From Rebecca billardiae RCC1528 (lineage: Eukaryota > Protista > Haptophyta), in the NCBI GenBank assembly GCA_965240325.2, contig OZ251227.1:3348001-3412000 (forward strand): DNA of 64,000 nucleotides. The letters are read 5' to 3'. Position numbers and translations under genes: made by a program. The notes below the pieces were generated by a model. That model saw only the letters and a program-made list of their open reading frames with translations. It did no database searches and was not told the DNA's origin. Positions 1 to 11,531 of the stretch are shown in pieces (position 1 is the first letter of the stretch; each line of letters begins with the position of its first letter).

Positions 1-79
1 AGACAGCCTATACACTACTACGACTAGGTCATATGTATATATATATATCGAAAAATTAAGCATATATATATCATAGCTT

Positions 80-111
<32 letters not shown>

Positions 112-556
112 TAATATCGTCGTCTGATCGTCATCTATCCGTCAGGCGCGGACGCGGAGTGCCGTAGTTATATATATAGACTGATGATACTGATTCACGA
201 CTGATATTCGTCCGCGACACACGTACAGCCCCGACGGTGACGAGTTGATGACGTCGCAGTAACTAATAACCTTATATATATATATATATATAATTCATGA
301 CTGGGCTTGAGGGCCGCGTGCATGTCAATTCAGGCGCGCGTGAGTCCGGCGAGGAGCTAGCGGGCGGTGTGCGGGTCACGATTTATATATGGCGGCACTT
401 GTTCGAAGCCTGAGAGTGAGAGAGCATTCTGGGCTCCGTGCAGAGTGCATTGCCTCGCCTGTCGGGCTTGGCCGGCTTGGGAGGCTCAGAGCACGCCACG
501 GTTCGCCGACGGTAGCGTCACCACCATGCGCTGGCGCGCGCGGGCAGGCGCGCGCG

Positions 557-1873
557 TCAGTCGTCGTCCGGCAGCTCCTTGTCCGACATGATCACCGACG
601 CGTGCTTCACGCCCATCACGATGTCGTGCGCGAGCTCGAGCGCGCGCTCGAACGTCGCGCCGTGCTGCTCGACGTCGAGCACCGAGTCCGGGAGCTCGGC
701 GAGCACGCGGCCGAGCGCGCGGCGCGCGTAGCTGCCAAAGGCCACCCCGTGCACGCCCTCCTCGGTGTTCAGCAGCCCGCGCACCGCGAGCCGGTGCGCG
801 GTGTGCGCGTTCGCGCCGCCCGCGACGCTCGCGAAGTGCAGCCCTTCGCCGAGCGGCACGGGCCGCTCCGAGATGACGCGCGCGGCGAGCTCGACCGCAG
901 GCGCGGACGCGCCCATGCCCACGTCACCGGACATTGGCCGGCCGTCGAGTTGCCACATGAGCGGGAGGCGCGGCGCCGAGCCGTCGGCGTGCACCACCGC
1001 GTCGAGCGCGCGCATCTCCGAGCCCATCCCCTCGCCGAGGTCGGGCGTCGAGATGGCGAGCAGCTGCAGCGCGCGCGCCGCGTCCGCGCCGATCTCGTCC
1101 CAGAGCTCTGCGAATTGTCCGCTCGCGCCGCGCCCCTTGCGCGTATGGATCTCGAGCGCGTCGACGCGGCCGAGCATCGAGCGGACGTGCGGGATGTCGG
1201 TGACGTGCACGTACGTGCCGATCCGCTCGTACGGGCACACGGGCACGCACCGGCCGCAGCCGTAGCACCGCTCGGTGAGAACGCCCTCGCGGGGCGACGG
1301 CGCGTCGGCGGCGCCGGCGCCGGCGCCGACGGAGGCGCTCAGGATGGAGTCGAGGATGGCGTCGGCGGGGCAGACGGGCACGCACGGGCGCGGGCAGTCG
1401 GGCGGGCAGGCGGACGCGTCGAACGTCGCCTTGCGGAAGTGCACGTCGTCCTCGCCGTCCTGGATGCTCAGCATGAGCCACGGCGCGCGCACAGGCACGT
1501 GCGCCGCTTGGCCCAGCTCAAGGGCCGCCGAGACGCCCGCCTCGGCGGCGGCGAGCACGGCCTCGTCGGCGCACAGGTCGATGCAGTCGACCCCGCTAAG
1601 CGTGAAGAGCAGCGCCAGGTTGCGGATCGACGGCACGTCCTGGTTCGACGCGCCGCAGATCAGCTTGACCCACCGGCCCGCATGCAGCGAGTCCATCGGC
1701 TCAAGAGGCGGCGGCGCGGCGCCGAGCGTGCGCCGCGCGGCGTCCGTGGCGGCCGCCGGCGCGGGGCGCGGGGCGCGCACCGCGGAGCTGCCCGCGGCTG
1801 GGCGCGCCCCCACCGCGCAGCCGAGCGCGAGCGCGAGCGCCGCCAGCGCGCGTGGCGTGGACGGCGGCAGCAT
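557..1873 (-). CDS. ldpA: LdpA-like 2x[4Fe-4S] protein, probably plastid-targeted
   Basis: WVKLICGAS...GVDCIDLCAD N-terminus, DDVHFRKA, CPPDCPRPCVPVCPADAI and CYGCGRCVPVCP ferredoxin motifs, WQLDGRPMSGDVG; ATG at 1873 precedes a hydrophobic signal-like segment (ALAALALALGCAVG). Confidence 0.88.
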   Translation of the reverse strand: MLPPSTPRALAALALALGCAVGARPAAGSSAVRAPRPAPAAATDAARRTLGAAPPPLEPMDSLHAGRWVKLICGASNQDVPSIRNLALLFTLSGVDCIDLCADEAVLAAAEAGVSAALELGQAAHVPVRAPWLMLSIQDGEDDVHFRKATFDASACPPDCPRPCVPVCPADAILDSILSASVGAGAGAADAPSPREGVLTERCYGCGRCVPVCPYERIGTYVHVTDIPHVRSMLGRVDALEIHTRKGRGASGQFAELWDEIGADAARALQLLAISTPDLGEGMGSEMRALDAVVHADGSAPRLPLMWQLDGRPMSGDVGMGASAPAVELAARVISERPVPLGEGLHFASVAGGANAHTAHRLAVRGLLNTEEGVHGVAFGSYARRALGRVLAELPDSVLDVEQHGATFERALELAHDIVMGVKHASVIMSDKELPDDD

Positions 1874-2054
1874 GACGGCGGCTGTGCCGACGAAGCAGGG
1901 TTGCGTGAATGAGTGCGCGCCGCGGCTCGGCGGGGCCGAGGCTGGACGGCTCTCCAGCTTTTGATCAGCTTGGAAAGCGCCATCACGCACAGTGAGATTC
2001 GATCGGCTTGGTGGGCTCCCGCGCAGCGGTGCCGGCTGTTTGCCGCGCCGCGAA

Positions 2055-3794
2055 ATGGCGCCTGCAGCCTCGACGCTGCGGCAGGAGCTGCTCGCCGCGG
2101 CGGCGGACGTCGAGCCGCGGGGCGCGGCGCCGCTCGAGCCGGCGGACGCGGCGCCCGCCGGCGCAGACGGCCCGGCGGGCGGGCTGACCAACGGGCAGGC
2201 CTTCGCGAGCGTCGTCAAGTGCGCGCTGGGCGCGGGCGTGTTTGCGCTGCCGCTGACGTTCCAGCGCGCCGGCTGGCTGCTCGGCGCCGGGGCGACGGTG
2301 GCGATGGCCGCGGCGTGCACGCACACGATGGGCATGCTCGTGCAGTCCGAACGCCGCGTGCGCCACCTCACCGGCGCGCCGCGCGCGCTCACCTACCCGC
2401 AGCTCGCGGGCCAAGTGCTTGCCGAGGGCGAGCGCGCGCGCGCCGCCGTCACGCTGGGCGTGGGCGTGCTGATCGTCGCGGGCTCGGTGGCGGTGTGCGG
2501 CGCGTTCGTGGCGTTCGTCACGGGCACGCTCGCCCTCGAGCTCGGCGTCCCGCGCCGCGCCGTGCTCGCCGCCGCGTGCGCGCTCGAGCTCGTGCTGTGT
2601 CAGCTGCGCTCCTTCGCCCTTCTCTCTCGCGCGAGCGGCGTGGGCAACGCGGCGATCGGCGCGGGCTTCGGCGTGGTGCTGGCGTACGGGCTGGTGCACG
2701 CGCCGCCCCCGCGCCTCGCGCTGCGCGCGCTCCTCGTGCTCGCCCGCCCCGCCGAGCTCGCGCGCGCGCTCGGCCCGATCGCATTCAATTTCGCCGTCCA
2801 CTTTTCGCTCCTGCCGGTCGGGCAGGCGACGCGCGAGCCCGCGGCGTTCGGCCGGGTGGTGCGCGGCGCGTTCGGGCTGCTCGCGGTGCTCGACGCGTCG
2901 TTCGCCACCGCGTGCGTCGCGCTGTACGGCGACCGCCTCCGCTCGAACGTGATCGACTCGATCGGCGCGGACGCGGCGCGCGAGGCGGCGGCCGCGTCCG
3001 CTTCCGCCGTGTCCGCCGCCGCCGCGGCCGCCGCCACCGCGCCACACCTAGAGCCCGGCGGCGGCGGCGTTGGCGGCGGCGGGCTGCTCGCGAGCCTCGG
3101 CGCGGTCATCTCCGTCGGCGGGCGGCACCGCCTCGCCCAGCTCGCCGTCTCGATGACCAAGTGGCTCCTGTCGCTGTCCCTGCTCCTAACGGTGCCACTG
3201 GTGATGGCTGCGGCGCGAGAGCTCGTCGAAGGCGCGTGCGCGGCGGCGCTCGATGGCGCGAGCGCGCGGCGGGAGCTGCGGCGGCGAGCGGCGGTGGCGG
3301 GCGGCATCGGCGTCGACGAGGGTGGGGACGAGGCGGACGCGGCCGCGAGCGCGGCGGCGGAGGCGGCCGCGCCGGGCTCGCAGCAGCTCGCGCAGCCGGC
3401 GTGGCGCGCGTGGCGCGTGCGTGTGTGCGGCCTGGGCGTGGGCGCGCGCGCGCTGCTGTCCACGTGCGTGCGCGCGGCGCTCACCGGCTGCCTCGGGCTG
3501 CTGGTGCTCGCGGTGCCGGACTTTGGGCTGCTCGTGGGCTTCGCCGGCGGCGTCGCCGCCGCGGGCTGCGGCCTCGTCCTCCCGCCACTGATCCACGCGC
3601 GCACGCACAGGCTTTGGCTCACGCGCGCCGCGCTGCTAACGCACTGCCTGATCTCCGGGCTCGGGGTGGTGGTGGTGGTGACGAGCTGCTACAGCACGCT
3701 GCGCGACGCGCTCGAGCACCATGCCGCGCACTCGGCCGCGCACCACCACGGGCACCGCGGGGGGCACAGTGGCCCGCCGCATCCCCCGCCGTGA
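2055..3794 (+). CDS. Amino-acid transporter (Aa_trans/AAAP family)
   Basis: QAFASVVKCALGAGVFALPLTFQRAGW, TYPQLA, AFNFAVH and many hydrophobic helices; first ATG in the ORF at 2055. Confidence 0.85.
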   Translation: MAPAASTLRQELLAAAADVEPRGAAPLEPADAAPAGADGPAGGLTNGQAFASVVKCALGAGVFALPLTFQRAGWLLGAGATVAMAAACTHTMGMLVQSERRVRHLTGAPRALTYPQLAGQVLAEGERARAAVTLGVGVLIVAGSVAVCGAFVAFVTGTLALELGVPRRAVLAAACALELVLCQLRSFALLSRASGVGNAAIGAGFGVVLAYGLVHAPPPRLALRALLVLARPAELARALGPIAFNFAVHFSLLPVGQATREPAAFGRVVRGAFGLLAVLDASFATACVALYGDRLRSNVIDSIGADAAREAAAASASAVSAAAAAAATAPHLEPGGGGVGGGGLLASLGAVISVGGRHRLAQLAVSMTKWLLSLSLLLTVPLVMAAARELVEGACAAALDGASARRELRRRAAVAGGIGVDEGGDEADAAASAAAEAAAPGSQQLAQPAWRAWRVRVCGLGVGARALLSTCVRAALTGCLGLLVLAVPDFGLLVGFAGGVAAAGCGLVLPPLIHARTHRLWLTRAALLTHCLISGLGVVVVVTSCYSTLRDALEHHAAHSAAHHHGHRGGHSGPPHPPP

Positions 3795-4157
3795 CGGGGT
3801 CGGGTGCGCTCGTGCGCCAGCTGATGAGTGATGATGGCTCAGCCTCGCCCTCAGGACTCGACCAGTGTCACTCACAGACACAGTCACAACCGTGTACACA
3901 GTACAGTATCAGACTACCGCTTGATACAGATTACAGATGCACACGACAGTAACCACGCCAACCTGGGCTGCACCCGGACACGAACTGTACTCAGTCAGTG
4001 GACCGCCTATGCCATGAGTCATAGCAACTTCAAACTGGGCCGGGCGCGACTGAGCAACCACCATCAGTCCGAGTGGGCTCGCCTGCGCCACCGGACTTTC
4101 CCGGTTGCTTGTGCTGCGCTTGCGGTAGTGCGTCGGGCGAGCGAGCGCCTTTCGGCC

Positions 4158-6331
4158 ATGGCCGCTCGCCACGTCACGTGCACGCGCGCCGCGTGCGCGC
4201 TGCTGCTGGCGGCCGGTGCGTTCGCGCGGTCGAGCGGGGAGCCTGGCTCGAGCGGCGGCGGCGGAGGCTCGCTCTCCTCGGACGACCCGGCCGCCCGCGC
4301 CCGCCGTGCGCCGCCGAGCCGCGTCCGGCTCGCGGGCGGCGATGGCGCGGAGGACCCGCCGCCGGTGCTCGGCGCCGGCCGGCCGCTCCCGGACGTGCGG
4401 CCGAGCCGGCCGCGGATGGAGTCGATCTCGGGGGACGCGAACACGCAGCTGGGCATGCCCGAGCTCGCCGCCCGGCTCAAGCGGCTGTACAAGGAGAAGC
4501 TGCTGCCGATGGAGCGGATGTCGCTCTACTCGGACTTTTACGGAAGTTTCCTCACCGACTCGCACTTCGACTCGCGGCCGATGGTGCTGCTGATCGGGCC
4601 GTACTCGGTGGGGAAGACGTCGTTCATCAAGTACCTCCTCGGCCGCTCCTTCCCCGGCGAGCGCATCGGCCCCGAGCCCACCACCGACCGGTTCATCGTC
4701 GTGATGAACGGCCAGGAGGATCGCGTCACGCCCGGCAACGCGCTCGCCGCGAATGCGGAGACGCCGTTCCAGCCGCTCTCGATGTTCGGCACGCAGTTCC
4801 TGAACAAGCTGGAGGCGTCGCAGCTGAGCGCGCCCATCCTGCAGCGCCTCACCCTCATCGACACGCCGGGCGTGCTCTCGGGCGAGAAGCAGCGCGACAT
4901 GCGCGGCTATGACGTCTACAAGGTGCGGCGTGCAGCCAACGTGGTTGTCCCACTCATCGGTTGGATGTTGGACCACGTGTTGGTTGTTCAACTGCGTGGT
5001 TGTACAGCGTGTGTGTACAACTGTCGTGTCTGTCTGTGTGTCTGTACACCGTGTGCAGCTACGGTCTGTCGCGTCTGTCTGTCTGTCTGCCTGTCTGCCT
5101 GTCTGTCTGTACAACAAGGTACAGACAGACAGACGCGCCTTCCCAGCACGCGCGGACCTGCCGTCCGCGCGGTGTGCACGTCGGGGGGTCGGGGTGGGTG
5201 ACGGGAGAGGGGGCTGGGCGCGGCCGTCCTGCGCGGCGCGGCGGCGGCCGACGCGGCACGCCGCGCCCACGCGCGCGCGCGCGCCCTCAGCCAACGCTCC
5301 GCGAGGGTGGGCGGTTGGGCCTGCCCGCCTGCCTGCCTTGCCTCCGGTGTGCCTGACGCCCGAGCCGCCGCCCTCTCCTCCCGCCGCCCGCCGCGCGCGA
5401 CCAACCCTAACCCTAACCCTAACCCTAACCCTAACCCCAGGTGACCGAGTGGTTCATCGAGCGCGCCGATCGGATCCTGCTGCTCTTCGACGCGCACAAG
5501 CTGGACATCTCGGACGAGTTCAAGAAGATCATCCAGCTGCTGCGCGGGCACGACGATAAGGTGCGGCTCGTGCTGAACAAGGCCGACTCGACCGAGCCGC
5601 AGGAGCTCATGCGCGTGTACGGCGCGCTGATGTGGTCGCTCGGCTGCGTCATCCAGACGCCCGAGGTGATCCGAGTGTTTATGGGAAGCTTCTGGGAGAA
5701 GCCGTTCGCGCACGACGGGCTGCAGCAGCTCTTCCTGGCGGAGGAGCGCGACCTCGTCGCCGACCTGCTCGACCTGCCGCGCAACGCCGCCATCACCAAG
5801 ATCAACGAGCTTGTCAAGCGCGCGCGGCTCGTCAAAGTGCACGCGGCGCTGCTGACGCACCTGCACGACGCGATGCCCGCAGTGTTTGGGCGGGAGGCGA
5901 CGCAGCGCAGGCTGCTCGGTGACATGATGGGCGTGTTCCGCAAGGTGCAGCGCGCGCACAAGCTGCCGCCCGGCGACTTCCCCGACATCGAGCGCTTCAC
6001 GCGCCGCGCGGCGCAGTTCAACTTCGCCGAGTTCCCGCGGATCGCGCCGAGGCGGTGGCAGCTGGTCGACGAGCTGCTCGAGGTGGATGTGCCGGAGCTG
6101 CTGCAGATGGTGCGCACGCACCAGCGCGCGTCGAGCACGCGCCGGACCAACGTCGCGTCGACGCTGCCGCACCTCAAGTCGGCGCAGGTGCGCATGGCGG
6201 GGCAGCCGCTCACCGACTCGTGGCGCGCCATCCCGAAGCGAGACTTTGGCGCGGGCGCGAGGCCGGGCGGCTCGGGCTCGGCGGCGGACGGCGGACCACG
6301 CGGCGCCGGCAGCTCCTCGGCGGCGAGGTGA
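4158..6331 (+). CDS. EHD/sarcalumenin-like dynamin-superfamily NTPase; exons 4158-4922 and 5441-6331
   Basis: GPYSVGKT P-loop, [22 protein letters not shown]; GT-AG intron 4923-5440 restores RGYDVYK|[27 protein letters not shown]; LNKAD; [13 protein letters not shown]. Confidence 0.92.
5405..5434 (+). repeat. (CCCTAA)5 telomere-type repeat at the 3' end of the EHD intron
   Basis: Five exact units followed directly by CCCCAG acceptor (5435-5440). Confidence 0.95.
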
Positions 6332-6362
6332 ATTATAATTATATATATATATATACATATAT

Positions 6363-6649
<287 letters not shown>

Positions 6650-6723
6650 AATGCTGCGCTCAGGCGCCGGCCCGGCTCGTCACGTCGTCGACGTCATCAT
6701 CAGCTAGGACGCTGTCGCTCAGA

Positions 6724-7905
6724 TCAGCGGCCCGACAAGCCGGCGCGGCCGTGCGGCGCGTCCAGGTCGAACCCATCGGCGGCGGGCACGACCGCGTACG
6801 GGTTGAGCCCCGGGTGCGACGAGAAGTAGTGCACCTTCACGTGCCGCAGGTTGAACGAGCGGCGCACGGCCTCGTGCGACTGGTACACGTCGCGCGTGTA
6901 ATCGGCGAGGTGGATAAAGTGGGTAAGCGGCCGGCGGTTCGCCTTGAAGTGGGTCATGTACACACTCTCGAATCGAGCCAGGGTGTGGAAGAGGCGCAGG
7001 TCGACCCAGCACAGCGCGTCGCCGCCGAGGAAGCGCCGCGCGCCGAGCATCCCGTCGAGCCGCTCCAGCCCGCGCTGCAGAGCGCCCTCCGCCTCCTCGT
7101 AAGCGGTTTGGGTCCGGGCGAAGCCGCACTTGTACACGCCATTGAGTACGTCGGAGTACACCCACTCGTGCAGCTCGGCGAGCTCGGCGTCGCGCTCGGG
7201 CGGGAAGAGGCGCGGCGCGGCCGGCGCGCCGAGCCCGCCGAACGCGCCGTCGAGCATCCGCAGGATCTCCTCGGACTCGTTGTTCACCGCCTCGCCCGTC
7301 GCGGTGTCGACGAGCAGCGGCGTGGTGAACTTGGCGGCGCCGCGCGCGCCGTCGCCGCCGTACTTGTCGTACGCGTCGCGCACGGAGGCGCAGCCGCCGA
7401 CGGTGTCGGGCACGAGCGCCTCGTCGCACTCGAACGCGCCGTGCCCCGCCGGGCTCGCCAGCGCCGCGTCGCCCGGCGCGCGGTACACCCAGCCGACGTG
7501 CGCGTCGCTCGGATCGTCCGGCCGCGTGCGCTGCCACGTCGGGTGCGCGAGTGAGTAGGAGATGGCGTGCTCGAGGCCCTTGAGGTAGAGCGCGCTGAGC
7601 ACGCCGTTCGCCCACGGGCACGCGAGCGCGAGGTGCAGGTGGTAACGCCCCGCCTCGGGCGGGTGGCGGCCGCCCGGCGACACGAGCTCACGGAATGCGC
7701 CTGGCGTGCGTTTGAACTCGCCCTTGGCGCCCACCTCGTCGAGCGCGGTGCGCGCGCCGCCGCCGGCGGCGAGCGCGGCGAGGCGGGCGGCGGCGGGCGC
7801 GCGCACGGGCGCGCGCGTCAGCGCCGCCGTCCGCCACGCGCCGCGCGCGAGCCGCGCGGAAGGCATCGTCAGCAGCAGCGTCGTCAAGACGTGCGCCGCC
7901 GCCAT
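6724..7905 (-). CDS. Glutathionyl-hydroquinone reductase (Xi-class GST, YqjG/ECM4-like)
   Basis: [14 protein letters not shown] active site, [55 protein letters not shown]; N-terminal targeting-like extension. Confidence 0.92.
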   Translation of the reverse strand: MAAAHVLTTLLLTMPSARLARGAWRTAALTRAPVRAPAAARLAALAAGGGARTALDEVGAKGEFKRTPGAFRELVSPGGRHPPEAGRYHLHLALACPWANGVLSALYLKGLEHAISYSLAHPTWQRTRPDDPSDAHVGWVYRAPGDAALASPAGHGAFECDEALVPDTVGGCASVRDAYDKYGGDGARGAAKFTTPLLVDTATGEAVNNESEEILRMLDGAFGGLGAPAAPRLFPPERDAELAELHEWVYSDVLNGVYKCGFARTQTAYEEAEGALQRGLERLDGMLGARRFLGGDALCWVDLRLFHTLARFESVYMTHFKANRRPLTHFIHLADYTRDVYQSHEAVRRSFNLRHVKVHYFSSHPGLNPYAVVPAADGFDLDAPHGRAGLSGR

Positions 7906-8014
7906 TGATCGCCGATTCGCGCGCGCCGCGAAAGAAAGGTCCGGGCCGGGAGCGCTCTCCCCACTGCCAAGGGGGTCTCTCCCAACCTAAACGGCTAAAC
8001 CGCATGGCGAGCGC

Positions 8015-8941
8015 ATGCCATCGCCTGGGACACGACGATGGATCCCGTTTTGGGCGTCCACCGCGCTCACTCTAGCGCTGGCCCCGCACCATGACTCGCG
8101 CGGCCGACGTGATGCCCAGCTACTTTTCATCCACGTGGGGAAGGCAGGCGGGGGCACGGTGAGAAGCTTCATGCGCGACCACGGTGTCGCGTACCTCGAG
8201 TCCCACACCCATCGCACATCTCTGAGCGACATTCGTTCAGCTGCTGACGGAAAAGTGGTGGTGGTGTTGAGAGACGCGGTGGCTCTATTCATAAGCGCAT
8301 TCTATTGGTTGCGCAACCCCCGTGAACTGCGCACAGACCCTGCAAACACGCAGGTGACAGCCTGTTTTGATGACGTGGAGCCGTTCACACGTGCGCTCCT
8401 CAACTTGGGTTCTGATGATGCACATGGCCAGCCGAATGCGTCCTGCATCGCCCAAGCGCAGGACTTCGTGGCAAACCCTCAACTGGCGCACATCAGCAGG
8501 CGCATCGCGTACTACTTTGACAGCAGCGCCGTCCGCGCGCTCTCACGCATGGATGTGTTCGTTGTGTGCGCCGAGCGGATGGAGCGCGACCTGGCAGACA
8601 TGGTCCGCTGGCTGAACGGCTCGAAGTCCGGGGCGCGGATGCAGCGGGTGGGCCGCGCGTGGGCGCTACCTTCGGTGAACCGCGCCCAGTACAACCACAC
8701 GCGCGCGACCTCGCTGCTTGAAGAGCGCACGGCGGCTGCGCTTGCCTCCAGCAGCCTGCTTGCCGCTGACTACCACGCGGCGGCCATCGTGCTCTGCATG
8801 AGCTCCAACTACGGTCCCAGAGTCTCCGTGATGCCCGCGGAGCTGGGCCGACTCAAGGTGGTCAACTGCTCGGGATCGCCGCCCCGTGCTTCATACCTGA
8901 TCGACGACCAAGTACCACCACCCGCCGAACTGCATGAATGA
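8015..8941 (+). CDS. Sulfotransferase-like protein with N-terminal signal/anchor
   Basis: LFIHVGKAGGGTV (5'-PSB-like loop), VVLRDAVALFISAFYW (3'-PB-like), terminal ADY motif. Confidence 0.7.
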   Translation: MPSPGTRRWIPFWASTALTLALAPHHDSRGRRDAQLLFIHVGKAGGGTVRSFMRDHGVAYLESHTHRTSLSDIRSAADGKVVVVLRDAVALFISAFYWLRNPRELRTDPANTQVTACFDDVEPFTRALLNLGSDDAHGQPNASCIAQAQDFVANPQLAHISRRIAYYFDSSAVRALSRMDVFVVCAERMERDLADMVRWLNGSKSGARMQRVGRAWALPSVNRAQYNHTRATSLLEERTAAALASSSLLAADYHAAAIVLCMSSNYGPRVSVMPAELGRLKVVNCSGSPPRASYLIDDQVPPPAELHE

Positions 8942-9249
8942 CTGAGACTTATTGCAGTGAAGTGAGCCGCGGAGCCCCGGCCCGGACACTCGGACAGCGG
9001 ATGCGCACAGGCAGCACAGCCCAATAATCATCTCGAAAGTCGAAATATCGAGCCCCGCCCCGGACCGTTGAAGCCGGCACCCAACCTGGCGACTCAAAGC
9101 GACGCGGGACTCGGGGCCGCACTGGTCATCAGCAAAGACAAGCAGCAAGCAAGGGCGGGAGGCGCGAGCAAGCCGCGGCTTGGCACGCCTGCGCCTACCA
9201 CCAGGCGACCGCACCTCCGCTCTCCGCGCGTCGAACGAGCCACCTGCCG

Positions 9250-10374
9250 ATGAGCGAGTGCGTGCCCGCCACCGGCGAGTGCGCGGTCACCGCCCCTCGC
9301 GCGCGCGCGCTCACCACCGCCGACCCCGCGCGCACGCGCCGTCGCGACCGCCATGCGCCGAGCAGGCGTGGAGGCGGCAAGCGCAAGCGGGCGGCGAGCA
9401 CGACCGACGAGCCGGGTGCGCGCGGCGGCGCGCGCGGCGACTGTGCGCGCGCACGGCCTGCCTCACTCCCGCGCCCGGCCCTCCCCCGCCGCGCGCGCGC
9501 GCAGGCGCGGACGCGGACGACGCCGTTTCCGAGACACTTCCCGGCGTCGCGTACTCATGTGGGTACTGCGCGGTGGGGCTGGGCGGCGAGACGTTCATCG
9601 AGAGCGTGCCCGCGGCGTCGGTCGGCGCGGGCGGCGAGGCCGCGCCCGTCGGCACCGGCGTGCCGCTCTGCCTCGACTGCTTCGCCGCAGGCGTCGAGCT
9701 GCCCGGCCGCGCGCGCTCAGACCCGTACCGCGTTGTGCACGGCGTGTCGCGGCCGATGTTGGCGACGGGCTGGGGCGCGGACGAGGAGCTCGCGCTGGTC
9801 AACGCGATCGAGCGGATGGGGTGCGCGCGGCGCGCGCGCGCTCGCGCCGCCCACGCGCCCGCCGCCTGCCCGCCGCGCGCTGCCGCCGCGGGCTGCGGCT
9901 GCGGCTGCGGTTGCGGCTGCGGCTGCGGCTGCGGCTGCGGCTGCGCCTGCGCCTGCCCGCCTGCCGACCCGCCCGGCTGCTGCTGGCGCGCGCCGCGCCC
10001 GCCGCCCCCTCGCCCTGCACGCAGCTTCGGCAACTGGGCGGAGGTCGCCGAGGCGCTGCGCTCGCGCTCACCCAAGAGCGCCGCTGAGGCGGAATGCCAC
10101 TACACGGTGCACTACCTGACAGCGGCCGAGGCGCCGCTGCCGGCGGTGCGGGAGTCGCCGCTGAGCCCGGCGGAGGAGGACGCGGAGCGCGCGGTGTGGA
10201 TGGAGACGACGGGCGCGCCGCTCGAGGCCTCCGTGCGCGCGCGGCGCGACGCCGCCTTCGCACGCCACGTGGACGCCGTCGGCGAGGCGGCGCTGGCCTA
10301 TGGTGCCCTGTCTCTCTCCGCGCACGGCCGCGCGGACGACGGTGGTGACGCGGCCGGCGGCGGCGGCACCGGCC

Positions 10375-10414
<40 letters not shown>

Positions 10415-11501
10415 GCGCGCCTCCGGCCGGGGCGGCGCCGCCGGCCCCTCCGCCGCCGAGCTCGCCGGTTACATGCCGTTACGCGGCGAGTTCGACATCG
10501 AGTGGGACAATGACGCGGAATTGCTTCTTGCCGATCTCTCCTTTGGGCCGGGCCGAGACGGGGCGGAGGAGGCGGAGGAGGAGCGCGCGCTCAAGATGCG
10601 CGTGTGCTCGCTGTACAACGCCAAGCTGGACGAGCGCGCGCGGCGGAAGGGCTTCATCGTCCGCCGCGGCCTCCTCGACTTCCGCCGGCAGCAGGCGGCC
10701 GACCGCCGGCGCTCGCGCGAGGAACGTGAGCTGCACGCGGCGCTCCGGCCGTTCGCCAGGTACCACTCGGCGGAGGAGCACTCGGCGTTTGTGCGCGGGC
10801 TGCTGGCGGAGGTGCGGCTGCGCCGCCGGATCGCGCAGCTGCAGCACTACCGCCAGATGGGGCTGAGCACGCTCGCGCAGGCCGAGCTGTACGACCGCGA
10901 GAAGCGCACGCGCGACCTGAACACGCGCGCTCACGAGTTTCCAAACCCGACGCGCGCCGCCGCCAAGGGCGCCAAGGCGGCGGCGGCGGGCGGCGGCGGC
11001 GGCGGGCCGGGCGGCGGCGGCGGCGGCGGCGGCGCGGGCGGCGCGCCCGCCGCGCCCGCCGCCGGCGGCGGCGCGGGCGGCGCGGGCGGCGGCGGCGCGG
11101 GTGGCGGCGCGAGCGCGGGCGCGGCCGCCGACGGCGCCGCCGGTCCGGGCGGCGCCGTCGGCCTCTGCCTCTCGACGCACGAGGAGCAGCTGTGCTCGGT
11201 GCTCGGGCTGACGAGTGCGCAGTACGCGTACGTCAAGCGCGTGCTGCTGCACGAGTGCCACCGCGCGGGCTTCCTCCGGCGCGACGAGGCGCGCACGCTC
11301 GTGCGCATCGACGCCCGCAAGGCCGGACACGTCTTCGACTTCTGCGTGCACGCCGGCTGGCTCCCCGAGGGGCCTCCCGCCGGCTCGGCCGCCGCGCCCG
11401 CGGCCGAGCCCGTCGGAGCCGCCGCGCCGCCGCCGCTCACCGCGGAATACGCGCTCCCGGCCGCGGCCGAGCTCGGCGGCGCCGAGCGGCCGGCCGAGTG
11501 A
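9250..11501 (+). CDS. ADA2: Transcriptional adaptor ADA2 (ZZ-SANT-SWIRM); predicted introns 9416-9504 and 9821-10024, possibly also 9258-9365
   Basis: WGADEELAL...MG|FGNWAEVAE...ECHY SANT, GYMPLRGEFDIEWDNDAE, YNAKLDERARRK, C-terminal SWIRM (EEQLCSVLGL...IDARKAGHVFDF..AGW); splice phases checked. Confidence 0.92.
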
Positions 11502-11510
11502 GGGTAGTGA

Positions 11511-11531
11511 GGGTTAGGGTTAGGGTTAGGG
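11511..11531 (+). repeat. (TTAGGG)3 telomere-type repeat just after the ADA2 stop
   Basis: GGGTTAGGGTTAGGGTTAGGG preceded by degenerate GTGAGGGTAGTGA. Confidence 0.9.
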
